Part shown: in pieces, positions 16,911-25,545 of the stretch
Position numbering within the stretch: position 1 is the stretch's first letter
Layout of the letters: the number at the start of each line of letters is the position of its first letter
NCBI GenBank assembly: GCA_019313605.1
Contig: JAFDAW010000006.1
Location: forward strand, 1 to 32,734
Source of the DNA: Deltaproteobacteria bacterium
Lineage (GTDB): Bacteria; Myxococcota_A; UBA9160; SMWR01
DNA: 32,734 bases
Direction of reading: 5' to 3'
Notes under the pieces: generated by a model
The model's database searches: none
The model's input: only the letters and a program-made list of their open reading frames with translations
What the model was told of the DNA's origin: nothing
Translations under genes and position numbers: made by a program

Positions 16911-17894
16911 GTGGGCGACAGGTTGAACAAGCTCGCATCGAAGCTCCTGAATGGGTCGGGCGGCTCCCGTCGTGCGCGATTGATTCCCGTGGGCGGGGGC
17001 AAGGGTGGCGTCGGCAAGAGCTTCATCGTCGCCAACCTGGCCGCGTCTCTGGCGCGCCTGGGCCATCGCGTGGTCGCGGTCGACGGCGATCTCGAGGGTC
17101 CGAATCTCCACACCTGCGTGGGGGTCCCCAAGCCGCGAGCCAGCCTGGCGGACTTTGTCGCCCAGCGCGAAGAAGATCTCGGCAAGCTGATCCTCGATAC
17201 GCCGATCCCCAACCTGCAGTTGATCGCTGCAACCGATGGCAATCTCGCGACCCCCCAGCCCACCCAGTCTCGTCGCGTTCGCCTGATGCGCGAGTTGCGC
17301 GAACTCGACACTGACTTCGTGTTCTTCGATCTCGGAGCCGGTACACACGCAGCGGTCATGGATTACTTCATGATTGGTGATGAGGGGGTGATCGTGATTG
17401 CTCCCGAGCCTACATCGGTGGAGAATGCCTACGGGTTCATTCGGGCTGCGTTCTATCGCCGCTTGCGGTTGGCGATGGCTTCGCACGACATGCGCAAGAT
17501 CGTCACGCTCGCGATGGATCAGCGAAACGATCGGGGGATCCGCACTCCCCTCGAACTCCTTCGCGAAATCCAGACACTCGATCCGACCGAGGGCACGCGC
17601 TTCGTCGAAACGATGCGCGCGTTTCACCCGCGCCTGATCATCAACGATGTCCGAACGGCCGACGACATCAAGCTCGGGTTTTCGATCCAGAGTGTGTGTC
17701 GGAAGTTCTTTGGAATCGAGGCTGAATATCTGGGCTACGTGAATCACGACGAATCGGCACGCCGCAGTGTTCGCGCAAGGCGTCCGCTCATCGATGTCTA
17801 CCCGCGATCCGACGCCGCGATCTATATCTCCAGAATCGCCCGGAAATTATTGGCGAACGGAGCGGCTGGCGAATCCCAAGAAGGCTCGATGTGA
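16911..17894 (+). CDS. MinD/FlhG(ParA)-like P-loop ATPase; start uncertain (GTG 16911 chosen, ORF open from 16836)
   Basis: Deviant Walker A GGKGGVGKS, VDGDLEGPNL, Walker B FFDLGAG, PEPTSVENAY, LIIN. Confidence 0.9.
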   Translation: MGDRLNKLASKLLNGSGGSRRARLIPVGGGKGGVGKSFIVANLAASLARLGHRVVAVDGDLEGPNLHTCVGVPKPRASLADFVAQREEDLGKLILDTPIPNLQLIAATDGNLATPQPTQSRRVRLMRELRELDTDFVFFDLGAGTHAAVMDYFMIGDEGVIVIAPEPTSVENAYGFIRAAFYRRLRLAMASHDMRKIVTLAMDQRNDRGIRTPLELLREIQTLDPTEGTRFVETMRAFHPRLIINDVRTADDIKLGFSIQSVCRKFFGIEAEYLGYVNHDESARRSVRARRPLIDVYPRSDAAIYISRIARKLLANGAAGESQEGSM

Positions 17895-18532
17895 AGTCAA
17901 TTTCCGAGCAGAACCACTACGAGATCCTGGAGACGCACCCGGCTGCGACGAGAGAAGAAGTCGAGCGCGCCTACCGGTTGGCGTTGGCGACCTACACCGA
18001 CGATTCGTTGGCCGGCTATTCGGTCTTCGCCGAGGGTGATGCCGCTGCAATTCGAGAGCGGGTCGAGATGGCCTATCGGGTTCTCTGCGACAGCCGAATG
18101 AGAAGTGAGTATGATGCGACGTTGGAGATCGAACCGGAGGAAGAGCTGCCGCCGGCAGAGCCGAGCGCGCCGCTGGTCCCGATTGAAAACACATTTGGTG
18201 AGAGCCCGGTGCCGCTCCATAAAGATGAGTTCACGCACCTCGATGACGGTACCGGTGACTTCGACGGCGAGCGATTGAAGCACTTCCGCATCCGCTGCGG
18301 AATGGAAATCGAAGACATCGCAAGAGTCACGAAGATCAGTCCGACCTACCTTGGGTTCATCGAAGAAGAGCGCTTCGCGGACCTCCCCGACTCCGTCTAC
18401 GTGCGCGGCTTCGTCGCCGCTTACGCGAATTGCGTCGGATTGGAAGGCAAGGGCGTCGCGGCGAGCTACATGAAGCGCTTCGACAAAGGTGACGAAGATC
18501 GCCGCAAGGGGCGATTTTTCGAGAGCCGCTGA
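17891..18532 (+). CDS. J-domain-like (no HPD) + RodZ-type helix-turn-helix (HTH_25/XRE) protein
   Basis: NHYEILE...ATREEVERAYR ... AYRVL.D...R.EYD (J-domain helices); GERLK.FR...GMEIEDIA..TKI...YL..IEE.RF..LP..VYVRGFV..YA..VGL (RodZ N-terminal HTH). GTGA overlap with the ATPase stop. Confidence 0.85.
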   Translation: MKSISEQNHYEILETHPAATREEVERAYRLALATYTDDSLAGYSVFAEGDAAAIRERVEMAYRVLCDSRMRSEYDATLEIEPEEELPPAEPSAPLVPIENTFGESPVPLHKDEFTHLDDGTGDFDGERLKHFRIRCGMEIEDIARVTKISPTYLGFIEEERFADLPDSVYVRGFVAAYANCVGLEGKGVAASYMKRFDKGDEDRRKGRFFESR

Positions 18533-18565
18533 GCCGCGAGCATCCGTGTCACCGAGTAGCACCCC

Positions 18566-19501
18566 ATGACGGTTCTACACTTCATCATCGACGAGTCCGA
18601 AGCCGACCAGCGACTCGACAGCGCGCTCGCTGTAGTCGCGGGAATCACGCGCTCGCAAGCCCGGCGCTGGATCGACGCCGACCGCGTCCGCGTCAACGAT
18701 TGCTCGTGTCGCGCCAGCCAGTCGGTGCGTCTGGGTGACGCCCTCGACGCGACGCCTCCTGAACTCGCCAAGTCGACGCTCGAGCCAGAGGCCATCGCTC
18801 TCGAGATTCTCTACGAAGATGAAGATCTGATCGTGATCGACAAACCCGCCGGGATGGTCGTCCATCCTGCCCCTGGGCATTCGAGCGGAACGCTCGTGCA
18901 CGCTCTGCTCCACCATTGCGACAACCTGGCCGGGATCGGTGGCGTCGAGCGGCCGGGCATCGTCCACCGCCTGGATCGGGGAACCTCGGGTGTGTTGGTC
19001 GCCGCCAAATGTGATGAAGCCCATCGTCGTCTCGCGGAGCAGTTTCACGATCATACAATCGATCGCGTATACCGCGCGGTCATTCGCGGTACGCCCAGCG
19101 CGGACGAGGGTCGCGTCGATCGCGCGATCGGGCGTCATCCGAAGGACCGCAAGCGCATGTCGGTGCGCGGCTCGGCACCCCGCGAGGCGCAGACCGTGTG
19201 GCGCGTCACGCGGCGCTTTCCAAAATGCCAGAGAGCGGCGCTCGACATCTTCCCCGAAACCGGACGGACCCATCAGATTCGGGTTCATCTGGCTTCGATC
19301 GGGTTGCCCATCGTTGGTGACACCGTGTACGGGCGATCTCGAAGTCGAGGGATCGAATTGGAACGCCCGGCCCTTCATGCGGCTGCCCTTGGTTTCGTGC
19401 ACCCTCGCAGTGGGAAAACCATGCGGTTCGAGACGCCGCTTCCAGTCGATATGACGATGCTGCTCGCGAACCTCGAGCGGCGTGAGGACAATCAAAAGTG
19501 A
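18566..19501 (+). CDS. rluD: RluA-family (RluD-like) 23S rRNA pseudouridine synthase
   Basis: S4 domain (RLD..L..TRSQ), DKPAGMVVHP, GIVHRLDRGTSG with catalytic Asp, TGRTHQIRVH, PIVGD..Y, LHAA.LGF.HP; precedes pgeF. Confidence 0.9.
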   Translation: MTVLHFIIDESEADQRLDSALAVVAGITRSQARRWIDADRVRVNDCSCRASQSVRLGDALDATPPELAKSTLEPEAIALEILYEDEDLIVIDKPAGMVVHPAPGHSSGTLVHALLHHCDNLAGIGGVERPGIVHRLDRGTSGVLVAAKCDEAHRRLAEQFHDHTIDRVYRAVIRGTPSADEGRVDRAIGRHPKDRKRMSVRGSAPREAQTVWRVTRRFPKCQRAALDIFPETGRTHQIRVHLASIGLPIVGDTVYGRSRSRGIELERPALHAAALGFVHPRSGKTMRFETPLPVDMTMLLANLERREDNQK

Positions 19502-20184
19502 ACGTCGCGCTGCCGCTTCGGCACGCGTTGTTGTCGAGCATCGGAGTCGATCACGGTTTCGGCCTGCGCGGCTTTGCGGAACTCGCAGATTTGAGGTGCC
19601 CCCGCCAGGTGCACGGTGTTGCGGTCGCCACCGCCGCACAGTGTGCCGAGCGGGATCTGGCCCCCGAAGCGGACGCGGTGATTTCGGAAGAGATTGGCGT
19701 GCGCATCGCGGTGGTGACGGCCGACTGCTTGCCGATCCTGCTCGCGGGCGACCGCGGGCGCGCAGTCGCCGCCATTCACGCGGGCTGGCGTGGCCTCGCG
19801 GCCGGTGTGATTGGTGCCGGCCTGGCCGCATTGCGGGATCGATTGGGAAAATCGGAGCGGGTCACCGCGGTGATCGGTCCCCATATTGGGAATTGCTGTT
19901 ACGAGGTGGACGAACCGGTGTTGGCCGCCCTGGAGCTGCATTTTTCCGAAATCCTTCCGCGCGCTTTGCGCCAAACGCGCCCGGGTCACGCCCAGCTTGA
20001 TCTCGGCCTGCTCGCGCGGGAAGCGCTGCGCGCAGCAGGAGTTGAAAGGGAGCGGATCGGATATTTGGAGGGTGCGTGCACGGCCTGTGACGCCGAGCGC
20101 TTCTACTCTTACCGGCGGGATGGCCCCGAAACCGGCCGCCTCGTGCATTTTATTTCTGCAGGCCACCCGATCGCAGAGGGTTGA
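19498..20184 (+). CDS. pgeF: Peptidoglycan editing factor / purine nucleoside phosphorylase, YfiH family
   Basis: QVHG, TADCLPIL, HAGWRG, IGP.I..CCYEV, CT.C...FYSYRR. Confidence 0.92.
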   Translation: MNVALPLRHALLSSIGVDHGFGLRGFAELADLRCPRQVHGVAVATAAQCAERDLAPEADAVISEEIGVRIAVVTADCLPILLAGDRGRAVAAIHAGWRGLAAGVIGAGLAALRDRLGKSERVTAVIGPHIGNCCYEVDEPVLAALELHFSEILPRALRQTRPGHAQLDLGLLAREALRAAGVERERIGYLEGACTACDAERFYSYRRDGPETGRLVHFISAGHPIAEG

Positions 20185-20209
20185 CACTTCAAAATAGTGG
20201 CCTTACGCT
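20181..20209 (+). promoter_or_regulatory. Near-consensus sigma70-type promoter upstream of the rho leader
   Basis: TTGACA (20181-20186), 17-nt spacer, TACGCT (20204-20209). Confidence 0.7.
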
Positions 20210-20611
20210 TTGAGTGTTCCCCCCGTCAGATCGGCCGCGGCCTCGTCTCGCTACACGCGGAAGTCGGCGATCCAAGCCGTTCTGAGGGACTCCACCTGAT
20301 CCTTCCACTTCCTACCGATTGGCACCCGGCGAAATTGAGGCCGGAATGGGCGAATCGGCAGCGAAATGGCCGCTGGGTGGGTCTGGGCGGCTTTCGGGGC
20401 TCTGCAATTCTGGGGCTCCACAATATTGATCAACTTATGAACGTAGGTAGCCGAATAGAGAGATAGAACCGAACCCGTCATATCCCTCCGGAGGACCGAG
20501 TCCTTGCGTTGAGTGGCGTGGGTTCCACGGCCACGATCCGCAAATCCCCTCGAGCCCGGCACTGATCGATTCCTGCCTTTTGAATCATCCACCCCTTTTC
20601 AGGGCAAATTC

Positions 20612-20636
20612 CAAAAACAAAAACAAAAACAAAAAA
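20612..20636 (+). repeat. Hexanucleotide simple repeat (CAAAAA)4 in the rho 5' leader
   Basis: caaaaacaaaaacaaaaacaaaaaa read directly. Confidence 0.9.
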
Positions 20637-20679
20637 CTCGAAACTCAACAACCGTCAACAAAAATAGAGAGAACATCCT

Positions 20680-22131
20680 GTGGGTACTCACCGCTCTAGC
20701 GATTCCAACTCCAACCAAGGCCGACCGAGGCGAGGCCGCTCCCGCCGCTCGCGCGGAGGAAACGGAGCCAACGGGAATGAGGCTCCGCGCGGCGATAGTC
20801 GCCGCCAGCAGATGTCGGATTTTCCGGAGGACGAGCCCTACGAGGACGATCTCGAGGACGACGACGATCCCGACGCCGAGCGGATGAACGTGATGGAGTT
20901 GAAGCAGAGGCCGATGGAGGGCCTCGTGGAACTCGCCGAGTCGCTCACGGTCGAAAACGCGGCCGGACTGCGCAAACAGGATCTGCTCTTCGAGATTCTC
21001 AAGGCCCAGACCGAAAAGAAGGGGAAGATCTACGCGGAAGGCGTGCTCGAAACCCTGCCGGATGGGTTCGGATTTCTGCGCGCTCCAGACCAGAACTACC
21101 TCGCCGGACCAGACGACGTCTACGTCTCGCCGTCACAGATTCGGCGCTTCAGCCTGCGAACCGGCGATACGGTGCTCGGCCAGATTCGGCCGCCGAAAGA
21201 GGGCGAGCGCTACTTCGCGCTGCTCAAGGTCAACTCGATCAACCTCGAGTCGCCGGAAGCGGCGCGACACAAGATCCTCTTCGATAACCTCACGCCCCTC
21301 TACCCCGAGGAGAAATTCAACCTCGAGTCGCCGAAGGGCGGCCTCACCACCCGCATCATCGATCTGATCGCGCCGATCGGGAAGGGTCAGCGCGCGCTGA
21401 TCACTTCGCCTCCGAAGGCGGGTAAGACGATGATCCTCAAGGACATCGCGAACGCGATCGCCGAGAACCATCCCGAAGTCGTCCTCATCGTGCTGCTGAT
21501 CGACGAACGGCCCGAGGAAGTCACGGACATGATGCGCAACGTCAAGGCCGAAGTGATTTCGTCGACCTTCGACGAGCCGGCCACCCGCCACGTGCAGGTC
21601 GCCGACATGGTGATCGAGAAGGCGCGGCGCATGACGGAGCACAAGCGCGATGTCGTGATTCTGCTCGACTCGATTACGCGCCTGGCGCGGGCCCACAACA
21701 CCGTGGTTCCGCACTCGGGGAAGATTCTCTCCGGTGGTGTCGACTCGAATGCGCTCCACAAGCCGAAGCGCTTCTTCGGTGCGGCTCGCAACGTGGAGGA
21801 GGGTGGCAGTCTCACGATCATCGGGACCGCACTCATCGACACGGGCTCCCGCATGGACGAAGTGATCTTCGAGGAGTTCAAGGGCACGGGTAACAGTGAA
21901 ATCGTGCTCGACCGGAAACTCGCAGATCGGCGCACCTACCCCGCAATCGACATCAATCGATCGGCAACCCGGCGGGAAGAATTGCTGCTGCCCGAGGCAA
22001 CGATGAATCGGATGATTATTCTGCGCAAGGTCCTGGCGCCGCTGAGCACGGTGGACTCGATGGAGTTCCTGCTCGAGAAGGTCAAGGCGACCGAGTCCAA
22101 CGAGGATTTTCTCGCGTCGATGAATTCCTGA
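20680..22131 (+). CDS. rho: Transcription termination factor Rho with N-terminal low-complexity extension
   Basis: [68 protein letters not shown]. Start could also be a later ATG. Confidence 0.97.
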   Translation: MGTHRSSDSNSNQGRPRRGRSRRSRGGNGANGNEAPRGDSRRQQMSDFPEDEPYEDDLEDDDDPDAERMNVMELKQRPMEGLVELAESLTVENAAGLRKQDLLFEILKAQTEKKGKIYAEGVLETLPDGFGFLRAPDQNYLAGPDDVYVSPSQIRRFSLRTGDTVLGQIRPPKEGERYFALLKVNSINLESPEAARHKILFDNLTPLYPEEKFNLESPKGGLTTRIIDLIAPIGKGQRALITSPPKAGKTMILKDIANAIAENHPEVVLIVLLIDERPEEVTDMMRNVKAEVISSTFDEPATRHVQVADMVIEKARRMTEHKRDVVILLDSITRLARAHNTVVPHSGKILSGGVDSNALHKPKRFFGAARNVEEGGSLTIIGTALIDTGSRMDEVIFEEFKGTGNSEIVLDRKLADRRTYPAIDINRSATRREELLLPEATMNRMIILRKVLAPLSTVDSMEFLLEKVKATESNEDFLASMNS

Positions 22132-22308
22132 TCACCGATCTCTCCGGAGTTCGACGAAGCGAATTTTTCACCCCGCAATTGGCGTCCGTTGGGGCGGCTA
22201 TCAAGGAGCGTGACCCGTTGGGTCACGTGACGCCGCGTAAGCTTTGGCCGAAGGCCAACGCGCAGCTAGTGTTGGGCTGCGGCGCCGTGCGGCTTGTGGG
22301 GATGGGTG

Positions 22309-23385
22309 ATGTCGGATCTTCTGGACAAGATTTCGGTTTTTGAATCGAAGGCAAGTCAGCTCGAAGAGCGACTCGCTGATCCCAGCATTGCCAGTGCTCC
22401 CGCCGAATATGCGTCCGTCGCCAAGGAGCTATCGCGGATTCGCCCGCTGGCGGAAGCTGGCGCGCGCTACCGACAAATGCTCGCCGATATCGAAGACGCC
22501 AACGCAATGCTCGAAGACGACGACGCCGAGATGCGCGAGCTCGCCGAGACCGAGCTGGCGGAACTCGAAGAGCAGCGCGGCGCGCTAGAGCGCGAGATTC
22601 GGCTGCTGCTGGTCCCGAAGGATCCCGACGAGGAAAAGAACGCCATCCTCGAAGTTCGCGCGGGAACCGGTGGAGACGAAGCCGCACTCTTTGCCGCGGA
22701 TCTCTTTCGCATGTACTCCCGTTACGCGGAGACGCGCGGCTGGAAGATCGAGCCGCTCTCGATTTCTCAAACCGATGGTGGTGGGATTCGCGAAGCGATC
22801 GTCAACCTGGAGGGCAAAGAGGCCTTCGGTCGACTTCGCTACGAGTGCGGTGTGCATCGAGTGCAGCGCGTTCCGTCCACTGAGTCTCAAGGTCGTATCC
22901 ACACCTCCACCGTCACCGTGGCTGTGTTGCCGGAAGCGAAAGAAGTCGACATCGAGATCGACCCCAACGAAATACGGGTCGATCGATTCCGCTCGTCGGG
23001 CCCTGGTGGGCAGAGCGTCAACACGACCGACTCCGCCATCCGCCTCACGCACCTGCCTACGGGTCTCATCGTGCAATGCCAGGATGAAAAGTCCCAGCAC
23101 AAGAACAAGGCGAAGGCGTTCATGGTTCTCCGATCGCGGCTCTACGACCTGGAACTTCAGCGAGAAACCGCAGATCGGGCCGGCGCACGTCGAGCCCAGG
23201 TTGGAACGGGCGAGCGTTCCGAAAAGATTCGAACCTACAATTATCCGCAGATGCGCGTGACCGATCACCGTGCGGGCATCACTCTCCATCGCCTCGCGAC
23301 GATCATGGAAGGTGATCTCGACGAATTGATCGACGGGATCCGCAGCAAATTTGCCGAAGAGGAACTCGCGGGGGGTGCAGCGTGA
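22309..23385 (+). CDS. prfA: Peptide chain release factor 1
   Basis: [21 protein letters not shown] (PxT motif), [14 protein letters not shown]; adjacent to prmC. Confidence 0.97.
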   Translation: MSDLLDKISVFESKASQLEERLADPSIASAPAEYASVAKELSRIRPLAEAGARYRQMLADIEDANAMLEDDDAEMRELAETELAELEEQRGALEREIRLLLVPKDPDEEKNAILEVRAGTGGDEAALFAADLFRMYSRYAETRGWKIEPLSISQTDGGGIREAIVNLEGKEAFGRLRYECGVHRVQRVPSTESQGRIHTSTVTVAVLPEAKEVDIEIDPNEIRVDRFRSSGPGGQSVNTTDSAIRLTHLPTGLIVQCQDEKSQHKNKAKAFMVLRSRLYDLELQRETADRAGARRAQVGTGERSEKIRTYNYPQMRVTDHRAGITLHRLATIMEGDLDELIDGIRSKFAEEELAGGAA

Positions 23386-24284
23386 CTGCACCTACCCCGA
23401 AGCCCCAGACCTGGACGATTCTCGAGTTGCTGCGCTGGACGACCCAACACTTTTCCGACCTGGGGATCGAGACCCCGCGGCTCGACGCCGAATGTCTGCT
23501 GGCATCCGCGCTCGGCGTCGATCGAATGCGTCTCTATCTCGACTTCGACAAACCCGCGAGTCCGGGCGAGCGCGACGCCTACCGCGAGCTGGTGCGGCGG
23601 CGTGCCGACGAGCGCGTACCGGTCGCTCAACTGCTCGGCGAGAAGGAATTCTGGTCTCTGCCGCTTTGGATTACCGCCGATGTGCTGTCTCCGCGGCCCG
23701 ACACCGAAACCCTGGTCGCAGCTGCATTGGATCGCTTGCCCGAGCGCGACACCGACGCGCAGATCCTCGATATCGGAACCGGCTCCGGAGCGGTGGCCCT
23801 CGCGATCGCGAGCGAGCGCCCGCAGGCTCGGATCACGGCCACTGATGTTTCACCGGCCGCGCTGAAGGTCGCCGAGCGAAACGCTCGGGAGTTGGGATTG
23901 GAAGAGCGGATCGAATTTGTGGAGGGCAGCCTGTTTGGGCCCGTGCTCGGGCGGCGATTCGAACTCGTGGTTTCGAATCCCCCCTATCTAGCGGAATCCG
24001 AGAGGTCGCAGCTGGCTCCGGAACTTGCCCACGAACCTGACGTTGCGCTCTTCGCGGGCCAGGATGGATTGGCGATCATTCGCGAACTGGTGGAGGGCTG
24101 TACGGCTTTTCTCGCTCCGGATGGCGGATTTGCGCTGGAGTTGGCTCCCGAGCAGGCGCCAACCGTGGCACACTGGTTGAGCGAGGCCGGCTTGGGAGAT
24201 GTCATCACCCACCGGGACCTCGCCCAACGTCCCCGCGTCGTATCGGCGCGCGGGCCACGACCCCCCGCGAGTGAGATCGGCTGA
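23382..24284 (+). CDS. prmC: Release factor glutamine methyltransferase
   Basis: [35 protein letters not shown]. Confidence 0.96.
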   Translation: MTAPTPKPQTWTILELLRWTTQHFSDLGIETPRLDAECLLASALGVDRMRLYLDFDKPASPGERDAYRELVRRRADERVPVAQLLGEKEFWSLPLWITADVLSPRPDTETLVAAALDRLPERDTDAQILDIGTGSGAVALAIASERPQARITATDVSPAALKVAERNARELGLEERIEFVEGSLFGPVLGRRFELVVSNPPYLAESERSQLAPELAHEPDVALFAGQDGLAIIRELVEGCTAFLAPDGGFALELAPEQAPTVAHWLSEAGLGDVITHRDLAQRPRVVSARGPRPPASEIG

Positions 24285-25543
24285 TGGATCGTATCCTGAT
24301 TCGCGGTGGCACACGGCTCAACGGAGAAATTCGGGCTTCGGGCTCGAAGAACTCGACCCTGGCTCTGATGGCCGCGGCATTGTTGGCCGACAGCGAAGTC
24401 ATCCTCCGCAACGTTCCGCGGCTGCGCGATGTCGAGACGATGTTGGAGATCTTGCGCGCTCTCGGAGCTTCCGCGGACTGGGCAGAGGGGGACGAACAGA
24501 GCCTCCGGATCGACCCGACGACGCTCAATCAGCCAGAGGCCCCCTACGATCTGGTCCGCAAGATGCGCGCGTCGTTCATGGTGCTGGGGCCTTTGCTGGC
24601 GCGCTTCGGCAGCGCTCGGGTTTCCGAGCCGGGTGGTTGCGCGATTGGCGTGCGGCCCGTCGATCAGCACCTCAAGGGATTGGCGGCCCTCGGCGCGAAG
24701 ATTCGACTCGACCACGGTTATGTGGAGGCCACGGCCGCCGAACTCAGCGGCGGGCGAGTGGCTTTCGATTTGACGACGGTCAACGGGACACAGAACGTCA
24801 TGATGGCGGCCACCCTCGCGCGCGGGGAGACTGTGATCGAGAACGCCGCCCGAGAGCCCGAGGTGGTGGAACTCGCGGCGGTGCTCAGCGCGATGGGCGC
24901 CGAAATCGAGGGAGCCGGAAGCGATCACGTGGTCATCCGCGGAGTCGAGTCCCTGAGCGGCACCGAGCACTCGGTCGCCGGTGACCGGATCGAGGCCGGC
25001 ACTCTGCTCGCCGCGGGGCTCATCACTGGCGGCGATGTCCGCGTCACGGGCGTGAAACCCGAATTCATGGAATCGACCCTCGAAAAATTTCGCGAAGCCG
25101 GAGCGGAAATCGAAACGGACGAGGGGACTGTGCGGGCTCGGATGGCGGGCCCCGTGCAACCGCTACGGGCCGTTACGGCGCCGTTTCCGGGCTTTCCGAC
25201 CGACATGCAGGCCCAGTTGATGGCCGTCTTGACGGTGGCCGAGGGCTCGAGCGTCGTCGTCGAGCAGGTTTTCGAGAATCGATTCATGCACGTTCCCGAG
25301 TTCCAGCGGCTGGGGGCGGATATTTCTGTTTCCGGCCGTTCCGCGCATATTCGCGGCGTTCCCCGGCTAATGGGGGCGCCGGTGATGGCGACGGATCTGC
25401 GGGCTTCGGCGGGGCTAATTGTGGCTGCGCTCGCTGCAGAGGGTGACACGGTGGTGAATCGCGTCTATCACATTGACCGAGGTTACGAGCGCATCGAGGC
25501 GAAACTTCGCGCGCTCGGAGCCGAAATCAAGCGGGAGAAATAA
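24284..25543 (+). CDS. murA: UDP-N-acetylglucosamine 1-carboxyvinyltransferase
   Basis: SGSKN, MRAS, PGGCAIG.RP (Cys-type active site), [37 protein letters not shown]. Confidence 0.97.
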   Translation: MDRILIRGGTRLNGEIRASGSKNSTLALMAAALLADSEVILRNVPRLRDVETMLEILRALGASADWAEGDEQSLRIDPTTLNQPEAPYDLVRKMRASFMVLGPLLARFGSARVSEPGGCAIGVRPVDQHLKGLAALGAKIRLDHGYVEATAAELSGGRVAFDLTTVNGTQNVMMAATLARGETVIENAAREPEVVELAAVLSAMGAEIEGAGSDHVVIRGVESLSGTEHSVAGDRIEAGTLLAAGLITGGDVRVTGVKPEFMESTLEKFREAGAEIETDEGTVRARMAGPVQPLRAVTAPFPGFPTDMQAQLMAVLTVAEGSSVVVEQVFENRFMHVPEFQRLGADISVSGRSAHIRGVPRLMGAPVMATDLRASAGLIVAALAAEGDTVVNRVYHIDRGYERIEAKLRALGAEIKREK

Positions 25544-25545
25544 GT

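Noticed and set aside
20197-20592. Short ORFs in the pgeF-rho spacer (20197-20466 +, 20251-20592 -, 20513-20887 +)
   Set aside because: No motifs, atypical composition, and better explained as rho leader sequence
22210-22269. TGA at 22228-22230 followed by a hairpin with a G-starting loop, SECIS-like given selA nearby
   Set aside because: The ORF is tiny, resembles no selenoprotein family and has unusable SD spacing
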